Shown: positions 21,601 through 31,356 of the stretch, in pieces | Numbering within the stretch: position 1 is the stretch's first letter | How the letters are laid out: each line of letters begins with the position of its first letter | NCBI GenBank assembly: GCA_965218695.1 | Contig: OZ244651.1 | Span: 1,184,001 to 1,248,000, forward strand | DNA from: Nitrosopumilus sp. | GTDB taxonomy: Archaea; Thermoproteota; Nitrososphaeria; Nitrososphaerales; Nitrosopumilaceae | Direction of reading: 5' to 3' | DNA length: 64,000 nt | Translations under genes and position numbers: made by a program | Notes under the pieces: generated by a model | The model's input: the letters and a program-made list of their open reading frames with translations, nothing else | The model's database searches: none | What the model was told of the DNA's origin: nothing

Positions 21601-21857
21601 CAGTTGGGTTTGGCGTGATCCCGCTGCCGTGATGGCACCGAACCAATTACCTTAAATGGAGATCTGGTGTAGATAACTTGGTGTGTTTGTTCGTTCCTGT
21701 GTTGCAATATGAATGACTTACACGCCAACCTATTATGCTGCAATGTCAGGAAATAATGGGTTCTTGCAAATCATTTTTGAAACAATTCTTGGTACTCATC
21801 AATGGGATTTTTTGGATTAATGGCCGACAGGTGTCCGGATTGCTATGGCCGCGACTA
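18630..21857 (-). mobile_element. IS630-like element type C, interrupted by an IS5 (transposase 21566-21418 + 19738-18802)
   Basis: 27-bp TIR TAGTCGYGGCCATAGCAATCCGGACAC (one mismatch); flanking direct repeat TCCG; rejoined frame reads RSTV-YDWLLRM; WDEG, LDNASYH and LNPTE motifs. Confidence 0.88.
19742..21417 (+). mobile_element. IS5-family (ISL2/IS702-like) element, transposase 19900-21105
   Basis: TIR AGATC..ATGCAGAATG.GCCTGAC; 3-bp duplication ACG; FGVDQATVSR HTH, VDGT, YSGKKK, TDKGY and RVAIEH motifs. Confidence 0.92.
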
Positions 21858-21886
21858 TCCGCATATCCAGTGTCTCTACTGATTAA

Positions 21887-22585
21887 TCATTGTGTGACAT
21901 GATTTTTTAGTCTGTCAACGACCCTTTGGGTTTCCTTTTCTGAAAACAATTCCCTCTGGTTTACGATGAACGAATTGATGCCTGTCAAATGCCTAACCAA
22001 AACAAACTTGAAGTTAGGATCATACCTCATGTTCTCTTGAATCGGCAGCAGAACCTTTGTAACAGGCGGGTTTTGCGGGCTTCTCCATGCCTTTAATGAA
22101 ATCCACAGTACCAGTCCCGCACGATCCACTTGCTCGTGGGGACTGATGCCTTCATGCTGTTTGTAATATTGGCCACTCCAGTTTTTGACCTCGATGATGA
22201 CCACGCCCCTTTTTGAAACCACCACAAAATCCATCTGTGCAGATCTTAGGTTTTTTTGGCCGCTGTAAGTCACGTAATGCGGCAATTCAAACTCAAGCCC
22301 GCACAAGACGTGATAATCATCAGGCAGTCTGGACAGCTCGTTCAAGACTCTTAACTCGCCACGGGTGCCTGCGTGCGTCGGATCGCCTTTGTTCTTTTCA
22401 AACCTGTTTAGCTGCCTTTGCTTGTTCCATCTCCTGATGCGTCCGAAAAACCCGTTATCCTCTTCTTTCATCTGCGCTTTCAAGTCTTCGTAGATTTTCT
22501 CAATGTCTTCAATTTTTTGCACCGATCTAGGATATTTGTTTAAGAGTTCCCTTTCACTGCCCGAGATTCCGTAGATTAAAGCCAC
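21887..22585 (-). CDS. NERD-domain (nuclease-related) protein
   Basis: GTRGE..V, AQMDFVVVSKRGVVIIEVKNWSG and SPHEQV motifs. Confidence 0.88.
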   Translation of the reverse strand: MALIYGISGSERELLNKYPRSVQKIEDIEKIYEDLKAQMKEEDNGFFGRIRRWNKQRQLNRFEKNKGDPTHAGTRGELRVLNELSRLPDDYHVLCGLEFELPHYVTYSGQKNLRSAQMDFVVVSKRGVVIIEVKNWSGQYYKQHEGISPHEQVDRAGLVLWISLKAWRSPQNPPVTKVLLPIQENMRYDPNFKFVLVRHLTGINSFIVNQRELFSEKETQRVVDRLKNHVTQ

Positions 22586-23094
22586 AATAACTCGTTATGA
22601 ATCTCATATAGTTAAAAATATTTTTGATAATAGAAAAGCGATAATGCATACAAAAGATCAAAAATCCTTGCACAGCACCACATATTTTCGGCTGGTAAAT
22701 TTGAGGGGCCCAAGCAGGATAAGCATTGATGTTTAGTAAATGATACAGGGTAGAGACAGAAACCAGCACCCATTTTACAGTACAGTAATTTGTAGAATCA
22801 ATTTTCGGGACATTTTGATGAGGATGTATTGCTTGCGTTTGGGGGTGCAAGACAAACACGTCATAATTTACAACATGTCTCTGCAGGGCTATCTACTCAT
22901 CCAAGTGTAGTGATCTTGGCATATGCAGCTGAAATTTTTATAACAAAACCCAAAGAAATTCTAGGCATCCTAAATTGATTAAAGTAAATAACTATGCTGG
23001 CATGCCTGTGCAGGTACTCGGAGATATGGTGCAATGTCGCATGACTCTGGTGGGCAACGCCGGGAACTCCCTGCGGCTGCCGGGCCCTGCCGCA

Positions 23095-23973
23095 TTACGC
23101 CGCCGAATCCGACTTTACAAACCTTATGGTGTTTCTGAGGGACCCTAGCGACTCTATCTCCACCTCCACCACGTCGCCGTCCTTCAGGAACACCGCGTTG
23201 GGCTTTCCCAGCATCACGCCTGCAGGCGTTCCAGTCGATATGATGTCGCCTGCCTCCAGCGTCATGACCCTTGATATCTTTGAGATGATATCGGGGATCT
23301 TTATTGACATGTTGGAGGTGTTCGAGTTCTGCCTGGTCTCCCCGTTGACCTTGGTAGTCATTTTCAGGTTTTGCACGTCTTTGACCTCGTCGGCCGTGGT
23401 TATCCACGGCCCGCACGGTGCAAACGTGTCAAAGCCCTTCCCCCGGGTGAACTGCTTGTCCATAAACTGGATGTCGCGCGCAGAGACGTCGTTGAATACC
23501 ATGTACCCGAATATCACGTCCATGGCATCGGAGGCTGCAACGTCCTTGCACCTCTTTTTGACTATCACTGCAAGCTCCGCCTCGTAGTCCAGCTGTTTGA
23601 CAAAGTCAGGGCATACGATGTCTGAGTTTGTGCCGTTCAGGGCGGTCCTTGGCTTTATTACGAGCGCAGGCTCGCTTGGCGCCTCCAGTCCCTGTTCCCT
23701 TGCATGATCCACATAGTTGAAGGCCAGACAGATTATCTTGCTGGGGCTTGATATGGGCGGCAGCAGGCTGTACCCTGACAGGTCCTGGTCGTACGGCAGG
23801 CTGTCGGCCATCCCCCTGACCTCCTCGTACCACCCGTCAAACAGAAAGTCCTTTGTGCTGTGCGGGACAGGTATCCCGGTAAGGTAGGTCATCTCGTCCC
23901 TTGTGGACACCCTTCCGTCCCTGACGATCCCGTACGTCGGGCCGTCGTCATTTGAGAGTCTTGCTATCCTCAT
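23095..23973 (-). CDS. Fumarylacetoacetate hydrolase family protein
   Basis: KIICLAFNY, LDYEAEL, NDVSARD, GKGFDT and TGTPAGV motifs. Confidence 0.93.
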   Translation of the reverse strand: MRIARLSNDDGPTYGIVRDGRVSTRDEMTYLTGIPVPHSTKDFLFDGWYEEVRGMADSLPYDQDLSGYSLLPPISSPSKIICLAFNYVDHAREQGLEAPSEPALVIKPRTALNGTNSDIVCPDFVKQLDYEAELAVIVKKRCKDVAASDAMDVIFGYMVFNDVSARDIQFMDKQFTRGKGFDTFAPCGPWITTADEVKDVQNLKMTTKVNGETRQNSNTSNMSIKIPDIISKISRVMTLEAGDIISTGTPAGVMLGKPNAVFLKDGDVVEVEIESLGSLRNTIRFVKSDSAA

Positions 23974-23979
23974 GGCTCA

Positions 23980-25683
23980 TCACTTATGTGTAAACACTGC
24001 TTGCTTTTGTGAGTTCTTCTGGCAGTATCCAAACCTGACAAACTGAATCTCGCTGCCGTCTTTTATCTTAAGATAGTGCGGCTCCACGCACGCATCCATC
24101 TCCCCAAGGCTGTCCTTGTCAAACTCGTCGCCGTCGAATAGCAGTCCTGGAATGATTATCTTCAGCGTGTGCGCATTCTTTTGCGGAACCCACTGTATCT
24201 TTGGAACATCCGCCGTGCCGCCCTCCACAAGATCCCCTGAAAGGGGGTGGCCGCCCTCTGTGATCAGGACGTTTCCAAGCCCGATGAGCCTGACTGTCGC
24301 GCCGGGGCCAAGGGAGGCTGCGTCATCCCCTGATATGTAAAAGTTCCCGTCAACTGGTATCCTTCTGCCTCCCATGCCTGCTGCCGCTGTCGGATGGTTT
24401 GGCATCTCGACAGAGTCCGTCTCAACCCCCCTCACCGAAAGCGCCCTGGGCCTTCCCGCCATGAACAGCCTGATGCTCTGCGGATCCACCACCTTTCTGT
24501 TGAATGCCTCAAGCGCCTCAAACGGCGCAAGCGTGTTGGACTTTGTCAGGCCAAGCGACATGACAAACTTCCTGACTGCCTCGGGCCTGATTCCCCTGCA
24601 CTTCAGGCCCTCGAGTGTGGGGAGCCTCGGGTCGTCATACCACGAGACCATGCCCTCCTCGATCAACGGCCTTATGATCCTCTTGGACGTGGGCATCCCC
24701 TCAAACTCTAGCCTGGAGAAGAATCCCTGGTGCGGAACCCGCATGTTCAGGGATTCGAGAATGCTGCGGTTCAGCTCCTCCCTTAGCTCAAACTCCTTGG
24801 AGCGAAACGCATGGGTCACCCCGTCTATGCTGTCCTCTATGGCCACTGCAAAGTCGTAGCTTGGCCACACTGCATACCTGTTGCCAAGGGTGTAGTGCTT
24901 TGCGTGTATGACCCTGAACAGCACGGGATCCCTCATCACCGCGTTGTCTGCCTTCATGTCACCCCGGAACCTCACCACGGCCTCCCCGGGCTTGAACCTG
25001 CTGTGCATCTTCTCCCAGTTCTCTGCGTTCTTTTCTGGCCTTCTCATGCTGCACTTGCAGGCGATCCTCTGCCTTCTGTTCTTGCTGATGTCGTCCCTCT
25101 TGCAGGTGCAGACGTACGCCAGATCCGCATCAATCAATTGCCCGCCCTTTTCATAGAAGACATCCATGTCGTCTGAGGTGCTCTTTATGACATCCGGCGT
25201 GATGCCAAGCCACTCCAGCCCGACCTTGATTGCAGCATGGTACTCCATCCTCTCTGCCTCCGGGTTTGTATCGTCCATTCGCAGAATGAACTTCCCCCCG
25301 TACATCCTTGCATACTCTGAGTTGATGATTGCAGCCTTTGCGTGGCCTATGTGGGGGTATCCGTTGGGCTCGGGGGGAAACCTTGTGACGACCTGGCCGT
25401 GCACTGCGCCATGCAGCTCCGGAAGGCCTTCTCTCTCCTCCCTGTGCTTTGGCGCAAGAACCTCCGGGAAACTCTCTGCAATCTCGTCGTTCTGCTCCTG
25501 GAGGCTCATGGAATTGACCTGGGCGACGATCCCGTCTATCGTGGCTGAGATCTCCGATACCCTGTCGCGCAGATCCGGCCTTGCCCCCAGAATCCTCCCC
25601 ATTACCGTCCCGCTTCGCGTCTGTCCCCCGTGCTCGGATGCGTTCTGAAGGGCGGCCCTTCTAATCTCCCTGTCCAGATCCAT
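23980..25683 (-). CDS. gltX: Glutamate--tRNA ligase (archaeal type)
   Basis: RFPPEPNGYPHIGH, RMDDTNP, WYDDPRLPTL and QFVRFGY motifs. Confidence 0.95.
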   Translation of the reverse strand: MDLDREIRRAALQNASEHGGQTRSGTVMGRILGARPDLRDRVSEISATIDGIVAQVNSMSLQEQNDEIAESFPEVLAPKHREEREGLPELHGAVHGQVVTRFPPEPNGYPHIGHAKAAIINSEYARMYGGKFILRMDDTNPEAERMEYHAAIKVGLEWLGITPDVIKSTSDDMDVFYEKGGQLIDADLAYVCTCKRDDISKNRRQRIACKCSMRRPEKNAENWEKMHSRFKPGEAVVRFRGDMKADNAVMRDPVLFRVIHAKHYTLGNRYAVWPSYDFAVAIEDSIDGVTHAFRSKEFELREELNRSILESLNMRVPHQGFFSRLEFEGMPTSKRIIRPLIEEGMVSWYDDPRLPTLEGLKCRGIRPEAVRKFVMSLGLTKSNTLAPFEALEAFNRKVVDPQSIRLFMAGRPRALSVRGVETDSVEMPNHPTAAAGMGGRRIPVDGNFYISGDDAASLGPGATVRLIGLGNVLITEGGHPLSGDLVEGGTADVPKIQWVPQKNAHTLKIIIPGLLFDGDEFDKDSLGEMDACVEPHYLKIKDGSEIQFVRFGYCQKNSQKQAVFTHK

Positions 25684-25684
25684 T

Positions 25685-26665
25685 CTACGATCTTCTCTTG
25701 ACTACAAAATCCAAAAGTGCGGCAAGCTCCTCCTGTACGAGTCCCGAGTATCCTGCAAGCGATGTACTTGCCTTCTTGGCATACTTTGTGGCCATCCCCC
25801 TGACGCTCTCCTCTATTCCCAGGGAGCGGATTACCTCTGCTGCAGCACACAGCTCGTCCGGTGACGCCTTTGGGTTTCCAAAGGCACCTGTGATCGTGTC
25901 CCTGTCGGCACCGCCCTCTACCGTATTTATTGCCATCAGGATTGGAAGCGACTTCTTGCCCTCCCTGAGATCGTTTCCGACGGGCTTTTTTGTAACGTCC
26001 GGATCACCCATCACCCCTATCAGGTCGTCTGTTATCTGGAACGCGATTCCCAGGTTTCTGCCAAACGAGGAGAGGTTTGCAATGTCTTTGTCGCTTCCCC
26101 CTGCACAGACTGCCCCCATGGTGCAGGAGACATCAAAGAGGGCCGCAGTCTTTTTGCGGATCATCGTAATATACTCTGCCTGGGTCGGGATCCTCTCCTC
26201 CTCGGACATCTTCATGTCCAGGAACTGGCCCTCGCACACGTCCACGCATGCCTTTGCAAGCCTTGAGACCAGAATGGCAGCCTTCTGCGGCTGCATCCCC
26301 GAGTCTGCAATGGTCTGGTATGCCTTTGAGTACAGCACGTCTCCGGCAAGTATTGCAACCGGCGTACCGAACATCTTGTGGACCGTCTGCACGCCGTGCC
26401 TCATGTCGTCGTTGTCCATTATGTCATCGTGTACCAGTGTAAAGTTGTGAATCATCTCCACTGCGCCTGCTGCCGGCATGGCGTCTGATGCCGTACCGCC
26501 CAGCAGCTGGCAGCTCCGGACTACCATGTACGGCCTGAGCCTCTTTCCGCCGTGAACGATCAGGTGTCCTGCAGCCTCGTAGAGCCTCTCGGGCTTTCCG
26601 CCTATCTTGGCCCCCAAGTACCTGTTGATCTTTTTTGCGTTGGATCCGATGGGGCTAGGCCTCAT
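25685..26665 (-). CDS. Polyprenyl (geranylgeranyl) diphosphate synthase
   Basis: GGKRLRP, HDDIMDNDDMRHG and FQITDD motifs; start at ATG 26665. Confidence 0.93.
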   Translation of the reverse strand: MRPSPIGSNAKKINRYLGAKIGGKPERLYEAAGHLIVHGGKRLRPYMVVRSCQLLGGTASDAMPAAGAVEMIHNFTLVHDDIMDNDDMRHGVQTVHKMFGTPVAILAGDVLYSKAYQTIADSGMQPQKAAILVSRLAKACVDVCEGQFLDMKMSEEERIPTQAEYITMIRKKTAALFDVSCTMGAVCAGGSDKDIANLSSFGRNLGIAFQITDDLIGVMGDPDVTKKPVGNDLREGKKSLPILMAINTVEGGADRDTITGAFGNPKASPDELCAAAEVIRSLGIEESVRGMATKYAKKASTSLAGYSGLVQEELAALLDFVVKRRS

Positions 26666-27302
26666 GTACAAGCCTCCATCTGTCGTCCGGCAGGTGCGCG
26701 CCGATTGCCCTGCGCAGTATTTCGTGCGTCCTGCCGCCCATCCATCCTGACAGAACCCCTGCGTGCCTTTCCAGTGCTGCCTTGTCGGACATGTCAAGCA
26801 GGTCAAGTGCAATCAGCATCCACGGGCAGTACATGCTCGGATCCGACTCGATCTCTGAGAGCAGTGCCTCTGCAGAGGCTGCCCTTATCTGGTCTATCTC
26901 ATCCTTGGCCCCTACAAGCCCGTCTGTATCGCCAATGACCCCGATCAAGGTGGCGCATATCTCGTTTTCAGAGCCCACATCCAGGTATGGCACGTGGTAC
27001 TCGAACTTGTGCAGGTACTCCAGCGTCGTACCCACCCCAAGCTCCTCAGGCATCCTTCTCTGGCCTGACAGGACGTACGTCTCGGACTCTCTTGGGTGGC
27101 TTGCAAAGGTTCCGTCCCAGTAGCCTGGCCACAGCATCTTGGTGCCTGCCCGCCTTCCCAGAACCAGCCTGCCGCTCCCATCGAACAGCAGTGCCGTAAA
27201 CGCCCGGTGCAGCAGTCCGTCCGGCATGTGGCATCTGACCTTCTCTGCTGTACCTATGGGATTGTCGTCTTTATCCACTAAGATTACAAACTCCTCAGAC
27301 AT
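26655..27302 (-). CDS. idi: Isopentenyl-diphosphate delta-isomerase, type 1 (Nudix fold)
   Basis: ILVD..D, LLHRAF, WPGYW..ASHP, EELG and ENEIC motifs. Confidence 0.9.
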   Translation of the reverse strand: MSEEFVILVDKDDNPIGTAEKVRCHMPDGLLHRAFTALLFDGSGRLVLGRRAGTKMLWPGYWDGTFASHPRESETYVLSGQRRMPEELGVGTTLEYLHKFEYHVPYLDVGSENEICATLIGVIGDTDGLVGAKDEIDQIRAASAEALLSEIESDPSMYCPWMLIALDLLDMSDKAALERHAGVLSGWMGGRTHEILRRAIGAHLPDDRWRLVHEA

Positions 27303-28053
27303 TCCTCTTGCCTCTGAACAGTGTCCCTTCAAACCTCTTGTTTTTAACAGCTTCTTTGATCCTCTCCGGCTTGTTCCCGTTGACTAGGAATACGGCGATC
27401 CCGTCCTGCGCAATCCTGGTAGCCTCCTGCACCTTTCTTGACATGCCGCCGGTGACGTCCATGCCGCCGCTTGGCGCAAACGTGGCGTCTGCATCGCCTA
27501 TCTGGCGAATCAGGCGCTTTGACTTGAGATCCGTGTACAGGCCGTCCTCGTCGAGCGCAAAGATGCAGAGCCTGGGCCTGAGGGCCTGGGCCAGATGCGT
27601 CATTATTCTGTCCCCCGACAGGATGTATGTCTTCTTTTTGCCCCACCACAGGGCATCCCCGTATGTGACCGGAATAAACCCCGCACCTGCAATCCTTTTA
27701 ATCTCGAGTATCTTTTCGGGGATTGGTGCGCCGCCTGCCATAAAGTCGGTAGGCGGCAGGCTGTACGGGTTCAGCCCGTTCTTTAGCATCGAGTCTACGA
27801 TTATGCTGTCCAGATGGATCATCGAGTTCTTTACAGTCGAGACGCCGCGTGCGTCATACTTTTTTTCCTTGGTATGCATGTCGTACTTTACAGACCAGTA
27901 GTGCCCGTAAGAGCCGCCGCCGTGCACCACTATGGTTGGCTCGTCAATCCCTGCAAGGCCGGCGGCTGCAATTCCATCTATGGCCTTTCTCCTGGCATAC
28001 AGCGGCCTTGACTTGTTAGTAATTACCGAGCCGCCAAGCTTTATCAGAATCAT
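27295..28053 (-). CDS. ipk: Isopentenyl phosphate kinase
   Basis: MILIKLGGSVITNK, VHGGGSYGH, ILSGD and DVTGGM motifs; lies in the mevalonate cluster. Confidence 0.9.
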   Translation of the reverse strand: MILIKLGGSVITNKSRPLYARRKAIDGIAAAGLAGIDEPTIVVHGGGSYGHYWSVKYDMHTKEKKYDARGVSTVKNSMIHLDSIIVDSMLKNGLNPYSLPPTDFMAGGAPIPEKILEIKRIAGAGFIPVTYGDALWWGKKKTYILSGDRIMTHLAQALRPRLCIFALDEDGLYTDLKSKRLIRQIGDADATFAPSGGMDVTGGMSRKVQEATRIAQDGIAVFLVNGNKPERIKEAVKNKRFEGTLFRGKRNV

Positions 28054-28144
28054 ACCGTTCCAAACTGTCTGGTCAATTAAAAAGTATACAGCTCTGATCC
28101 TTGGATAGTCCTGTCCGGCCCCAACCGTGAATGGCGCTGCGGAC

Positions 28145-29100
28145 CTAGCCGCCGCCGTATGACAGCCCCGTGCAGTCGATCCTGGCCGCAAAGCACTCGT
28201 ATCCGTCTCTTCTGAACCGTTCCATGACTCCATCCCTGCCCGGTTCGTCAGTTATTGCAATGACGCATCCGCCGTCCCCGGCGCCGGTTATCTTTGCCCC
28301 AAACGAGGAATCCTGTCCTATGCGGACCATCTCATCAAGCGTATCGTTTGAGACGCCTATCCCATGGAGCAGTCTCTGGTTTTTGGCTGCCATCTTGCCA
28401 AGCCCACGGGCATCCTCAGTCCTGAGCATCCCAAGGACTGCATCTATGATTCCTGACTCCTCGCCGCACATCCTGGCAAAGTCCTCCATGTTGTTCTCCC
28501 GGAATCCCCGCACCCTCTCCACCACGGCATCTGTCGAGTGGCTCATCTGCGAGTCGGCAATCACCAAGTCGATGCCAGTGTCTGAATCCAGCCTGGCAAA
28601 CCCTCGGGTCCTGTCGTACCTGCCAATCCCCCCGTACGTGCAGACTGCGCAGTCGGCCCCAGACGTGTTCTCAAAGATGGTCCTTTCTGCCTCTACTGCA
28701 AGCCTCAGGACATCTTCCCTGTCGGTACTTCCTGAGAGTCCAAGGACAGCCGCCGCCCCTGCCACGCAGCATGCCGACGAGGAGCCCAGCCCGGCCCCCA
28801 CCGGAATCTCCGACTCTATTGCGATGCGCATCCCGCCTTCACCGTCGCTACTCCTCCTCTTGTCTGCCATGTAATAGAACGGCCGAAGCTCGGGGGTGAC
28901 ATCCGAGATCTGCCTGCCTGCCTCAGATGACATCCTTCCGATGCTTGACTCTATGGATATCGTGCCATCGTCTGTCTGCTCTGCTGTAACTGTGGCCCTC
29001 CTGTCTATGGCACACAGGATGGCCCCTGTCCCATACACCACAAAATGTTCTCCAAACAGGATTATCTTTCCCGGGGCAGACGCCCTGGACTTTGCATGGA
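28145..29100 (-). CDS. mvk: Mevalonate kinase (start codon uncertain)
   Basis: APGKIILFGEH, IPVGAGLGSS, SGAD and KITGAGDGG GHMP motifs. Confidence 0.92.
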
Positions 29101-29102
29101 TG

Positions 29103-29729
29103 TTACTCGCTGTCGCCTTCGATGATCTTGGTCTCAAAGTCGTCAATCTCGTACTCTGTCGGATCGTCCTCTCCAAGCTCGCCCCTCTCGATGAGAATCT
29201 GGCGCATCAGCAGCCAGTAGACTGCGGCAAGTGCCTTCCTTCCCCTGTTGTTTGCAGGTATTATCACGTCCAGGTTTGAGGTGATGTTGTCCGTATTGGC
29301 AACCCCGATCACCGGAATTCCTGCGTTTGTGGCCTCCGTGATTGCCTGTCCGTCAACTTGCGGATCCGATATCAGGACCAGCTTTGGTTCTATGTAGTAT
29401 GGGAGTGACGGGTTTGTCAGCGTTCCCGGCATGAATCTTCCAAGAATCTTTTTGGATCCGTGAACCTCGCAAAACTTCTCCACCGGGGTCTCTGCGTACT
29501 GCCTGCCTGAACAGACGATCATATTGTCGGCTCCCAGCCTGTTGATAAACTTGGCAGCAGTCTTGATCTTCTCCATGGTAATGTCCATGTCCAGCATGTA
29601 CAGCCCTTCCGGACTTGCCTTTGTGATGAATGACCTCATGAACTTTGTCTTGACCTGCGTTCCGACCCTTATACCGGTGTTGCGGATCTTCATCCTTATG
29701 TCGGTGACTTCTGTTGCTTGCTGACTCAT
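29103..29729 (-). CDS. rps2: 30S ribosomal protein S2 (uS2)
   Basis: GRFMPGTLTNP and IIPANNRGRKAL motifs. Confidence 0.96.
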   Translation of the reverse strand: MSQQATEVTDIRMKIRNTGIRVGTQVKTKFMRSFITKASPEGLYMLDMDITMEKIKTAAKFINRLGADNMIVCSGRQYAETPVEKFCEVHGSKKILGRFMPGTLTNPSLPYYIEPKLVLISDPQVDGQAITEATNAGIPVIGVANTDNITSNLDVIIPANNRGRKALAAVYWLLMRQILIERGELGEDDPTEYEIDDFETKIIEGDSE

Positions 29730-29736
29730 GACGATT

Positions 29737-30975
29737 TTAAATCTCTGTCATGCCTTGTATTAAATCATGCTCTGAGAGGCGCAGCAGCTCGTTGAGCTTT
29801 GCAACCCTCTCTCCTCCGACTATGCCGACCTTGAGCATCTTTGAACCCGTCGCTATGCCGATGTGGGATATGTGCCAGTCAGTCGACTCTCCGGACCTGT
29901 GTGAGGTGATTAGCTTGATGCCGTTCCTGTCTGCCATGCCTGCAAATTCCAGGGCATCGTACAGGGAGCCTGCCTGGTTCACCTTCAGGATTGCAGCGTT
30001 GCACGCTCCCATCTCTGCTGCCCTCTTGACTATGTCCCTGTTGGTGACAGTCAGGTCATCGCCTGTAACCATGACGTCTGGGAATCTCGAGGTGATCTCT
30101 GCCATGCCCTCAAAGGCCTCCTCGTGCACTGCGTCCTCTGCATAGGCAAGCTTGTACCTTCTTATGATGTCTGATGCAAAGTCTATCTGCTCTCCCGGGG
30201 TATTCTCAAATCCCGCCCTATCATAGACGTACACCCCCCTGTCCTGATTCCACTGGGTTGATGATGCAAAGTCCACGCCCAGCGAGACCTCTCTTCCCAG
30301 GGTGAATCCCAGGTTCTCGCACGCCTTTGCAGCAGATTCCAGTGCCTCCTCGTTGTTCATTCTTGGGGCCCATCCTCCCTCGTCACCCCTTCCGTTTGTA
30401 AAGCCGGGATCCCTCTTCTCCAGAATGTTGCGCAGCTCCCTGTGGACTGCCAGGTTAGTCTCTATGGCGCCTTGTATGTCCCTTGAGCCTGTCGCACATA
30501 CGAGGATCTCCTGTATGTCAGGCGTGCCCGGCCCTGCGTGCGCCCCGCCGCCAAGTATGTTTCCGAGCGGGAACGGAAACCTGAATGATGATCCTGAGGA
30601 TATGGTCTTGAACAGCGGCTCTCCTGCGGCCCGGGATGCAGACTCTGCTGATGCGATGGTGAGGGCAAACGCAAGCGCCCCGCCAACACCAGAGTAGTCC
30701 TTGGAGCTGTCGACGCCTTTGAGGGCATCATACACGGCCTTTGGGTCTGCCGGATCCAGTCCCAGAAACCTCTCAGAGTTGTCGCCCAGTACCCTGACGC
30801 TCTCCTCGGGGCCCCCCCTGGGAAAGCTGACTGCCTCGTGCATTCCCACGCTTGCGCCGGACGGGGCGCACACGCGTCCCAGAAACTTACCGTCTGACTC
30901 TACATCAACCTCTACAGTCTTGCTGCCCCTGCTGTTGTACAGGACACGTCCATTCACGGATGTGATTCCGGCCAA
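29737..30975 (-). CDS. eno: Enolase
   Basis: NSRG, PSGAS, GDEGG, GDDL, LKVNQ, SHRSGE and ERVAKLN motifs. Confidence 0.96.
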   Translation of the reverse strand: MAGITSVNGRVLYNSRGSKTVEVDVESDGKFLGRVCAPSGASVGMHEAVSFPRGGPEESVRVLGDNSERFLGLDPADPKAVYDALKGVDSSKDYSGVGGALAFALTIASAESASRAAGEPLFKTISSGSSFRFPFPLGNILGGGAHAGPGTPDIQEILVCATGSRDIQGAIETNLAVHRELRNILEKRDPGFTNGRGDEGGWAPRMNNEEALESAAKACENLGFTLGREVSLGVDFASSTQWNQDRGVYVYDRAGFENTPGEQIDFASDIIRRYKLAYAEDAVHEEAFEGMAEITSRFPDVMVTGDDLTVTNRDIVKRAAEMGACNAAILKVNQAGSLYDALEFAGMADRNGIKLITSHRSGESTDWHISHIGIATGSKMLKVGIVGGERVAKLNELLRLSEHDLIQGMTEI

Positions 30976-30976
30976 G

Positions 30977-31213
30977 TTATTCTAGCTCTGCTTGGACTTC
31001 CTGCTTTCTTCTCTGAATTGCCTCGTAAAACGGAATCACCTGTCGAATGGTCTCGACGGTAGTCAGAAACATCCTCCTGCAACAGTACCTCTCAACACCC
31101 AGACTGTCAAGCACTATCTCGGGATCCTCCCTCTTGCTTACCCTGTCCTGATAATCCTCATACTTGTCAGCAATCAGCATTCCACATGTAAAACACCTGA
31201 CAGGAACTAGCAT
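30977..31213 (-). CDS. rpoN: DNA-directed RNA polymerase subunit N (Rpo10)
   Basis: MLVPVRCFTCG...RYCCRRM signature. Confidence 0.95.
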   Translation of the reverse strand: MLVPVRCFTCGMLIADKYEDYQDRVSKREDPEIVLDSLGVERYCCRRMFLTTVETIRQVIPFYEAIQRRKQEVQAELE

Positions 31214-31264
31214 ACGCATGAGGATTAACCAAGGATTATAAAAACCATGCAAGGATCGTCTCTT

Positions 31265-31349
31265 GCGGGCGTTGCCCAGCCTGGCCAAAGGCGCTAGCTT
31301 GAGGGGCTAGTCTCTCAGGAGTTCGTGGGTTCAAATCCCATCGCCCGCA
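31265..31349 (+). tRNA. tRNA-Leu (GAG)
   Basis: GCGGGCG/CGCCCGC acceptor, CTAGC-ttGAGgg-GCTAG anticodon arm, long variable arm, GGTTCAAATCC. Confidence 0.96.
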
Positions 31350-31356
31350 TATACAC

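Larger units (their letters stand above)
13865..21875 (-). pseudogene. Degenerate IS630 3' remnant (about 250 bp in pieces at 13865-13951, 15044-15168, 18621-18629, 21862-21875) hosting three younger insertions
   Basis: Pieces translate to YLPKGLSYLNAMEEC..GKR..DMCQAVS..YRTTRF with stops and frameshifts, and end in an AACTTTTGATC-type terminus. Confidence 0.7.
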
